From Nitrospirales bacterium (lineage in GTDB: Bacteria > Nitrospirota > Nitrospiria > Nitrospirales > UBA8639), in the NCBI GenBank assembly GCA_021604365.1, contig BQIZ01000001.1, positions 1-61,199 of the forward strand: DNA of 61,199 bases, given 5' to 3'. Below, piece by piece: positions 60,627-61,199 of the stretch (positions are counted from its first letter, which is position 1; each line of letters starts with the position of its first letter). The notes under the pieces are model-generated. The model made no database searches. It was not told where the DNA came from and worked only from the letters and a program-made list of their open reading frames with translations. A program made the translations under genes and the position numbers.

Positions 60627-61175
60627 ATGGGCAAGTGGGTGGTTCTTGGAAGTTTAGTCCTCAGTCTTGCCTGGGGATGCGCGGGTACGGGCCCAAATAA
60701 ACCATCGGATCTTCCTGTCGGCGTCGTTGATCCTCAGCGGGTATTGGCTGAGACGGTCAAAGGCAAACGGTTGTCGGATGCCTTGAATGCCTTCATGAAG
60801 GATCGACAGACGCTTGTGGAATTAGAGCAAAGGGAATTACGAAAGTTGGAAAGTGAATTAATGGCGCAAAGTACGGTATTGAGTCAGGAGGCAAGGGATC
60901 GGAAGGAGGAACAGTTTAGGGCAAAAATGGCTGGATATCAACAAAAAGTCGCCGATTTAAACAGAGAAGTTCAAGAAAGACAACGCGAATTGCAAAACGA
61001 ATTTCGCCTTCAGGTGCAAAAGGTGGTAGCGGAAGTCGCCGGTCAACGTGGATTAAGTCTGGTCTTAGAATATGGAGTGAATTCTGGCACCTTGTTTTAT
61101 CAAACTGGCCTGGACATATCTACAGAGGTGATTCAGGCGTTGGATCGGGAAAGTGGTGAGATCCGTACCCCCTAG
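60627..61175 (+). CDS. skp: OmpH/Skp-family periplasmic chaperone, probable lipoprotein
   Basis: VGVVDPQRVL, a long coiled coil and LDISTEVI. Follows bamA. Lipobox AWG-C when started at 60627. Confidence 0.85.
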   Translation: MGKWVVLGSLVLSLAWGCAGTGPNKPSDLPVGVVDPQRVLAETVKGKRLSDALNAFMKDRQTLVELEQRELRKLESELMAQSTVLSQEARDRKEEQFRAKMAGYQQKVADLNREVQERQRELQNEFRLQVQKVVAEVAGQRGLSLVLEYGVNSGTLFYQTGLDISTEVIQALDRESGEIRTP

Positions 61176-61199
61176 TTTCAAAGGGTGGTTTGTGGTCAT

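Overview
This window is a bacterial chemotaxis-flagellar supercluster (about 0.4-52 kb, almost all on the + strand) followed by housekeeping genes: an HD phosphohydrolase, DUF2062, thiL and lon on the - strand, and bamA-skp on the + strand. Gene content and order suggest Nitrospirota (inference only). The chemotaxis part is cheR-cheD-cheB, a decayed second cheR, a STAS/HD-GYP/hybrid-kinase module, a small Xis/BldC-like HTH gene, cheY-cheZ-cheA-cheV, two MCPs (one with a c-type heme motif) and cheW-motAB. The flagellar part is flgFGAHIJMNKL, an inserted diguanylate cyclase and hybrid kinase, fliW-csrA, a ~10 kb putative flagellin-glycosylation island, fliC-flaG-fliD-fliS-fliT, a HisKA-only microprotein, a PilZ gene and a lipoprotein. 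The island holds a 1548-aa methyltransferase/kinase-like/coiled-coil/GT/GT2/TPR protein, two GT9s, a Maf-N/CgeB fusion and a conserved hypothetical. Sigma28, sigma54 and sigma70 promoter motifs, a CsrA-type leader hairpin on fliC and degenerate intergenic heptamer repeats can be read from the DNA. I saw no rRNA, tRNA, CRISPR array or intact mobile element. All family calls come from recognising motifs by eye; no searches were run.
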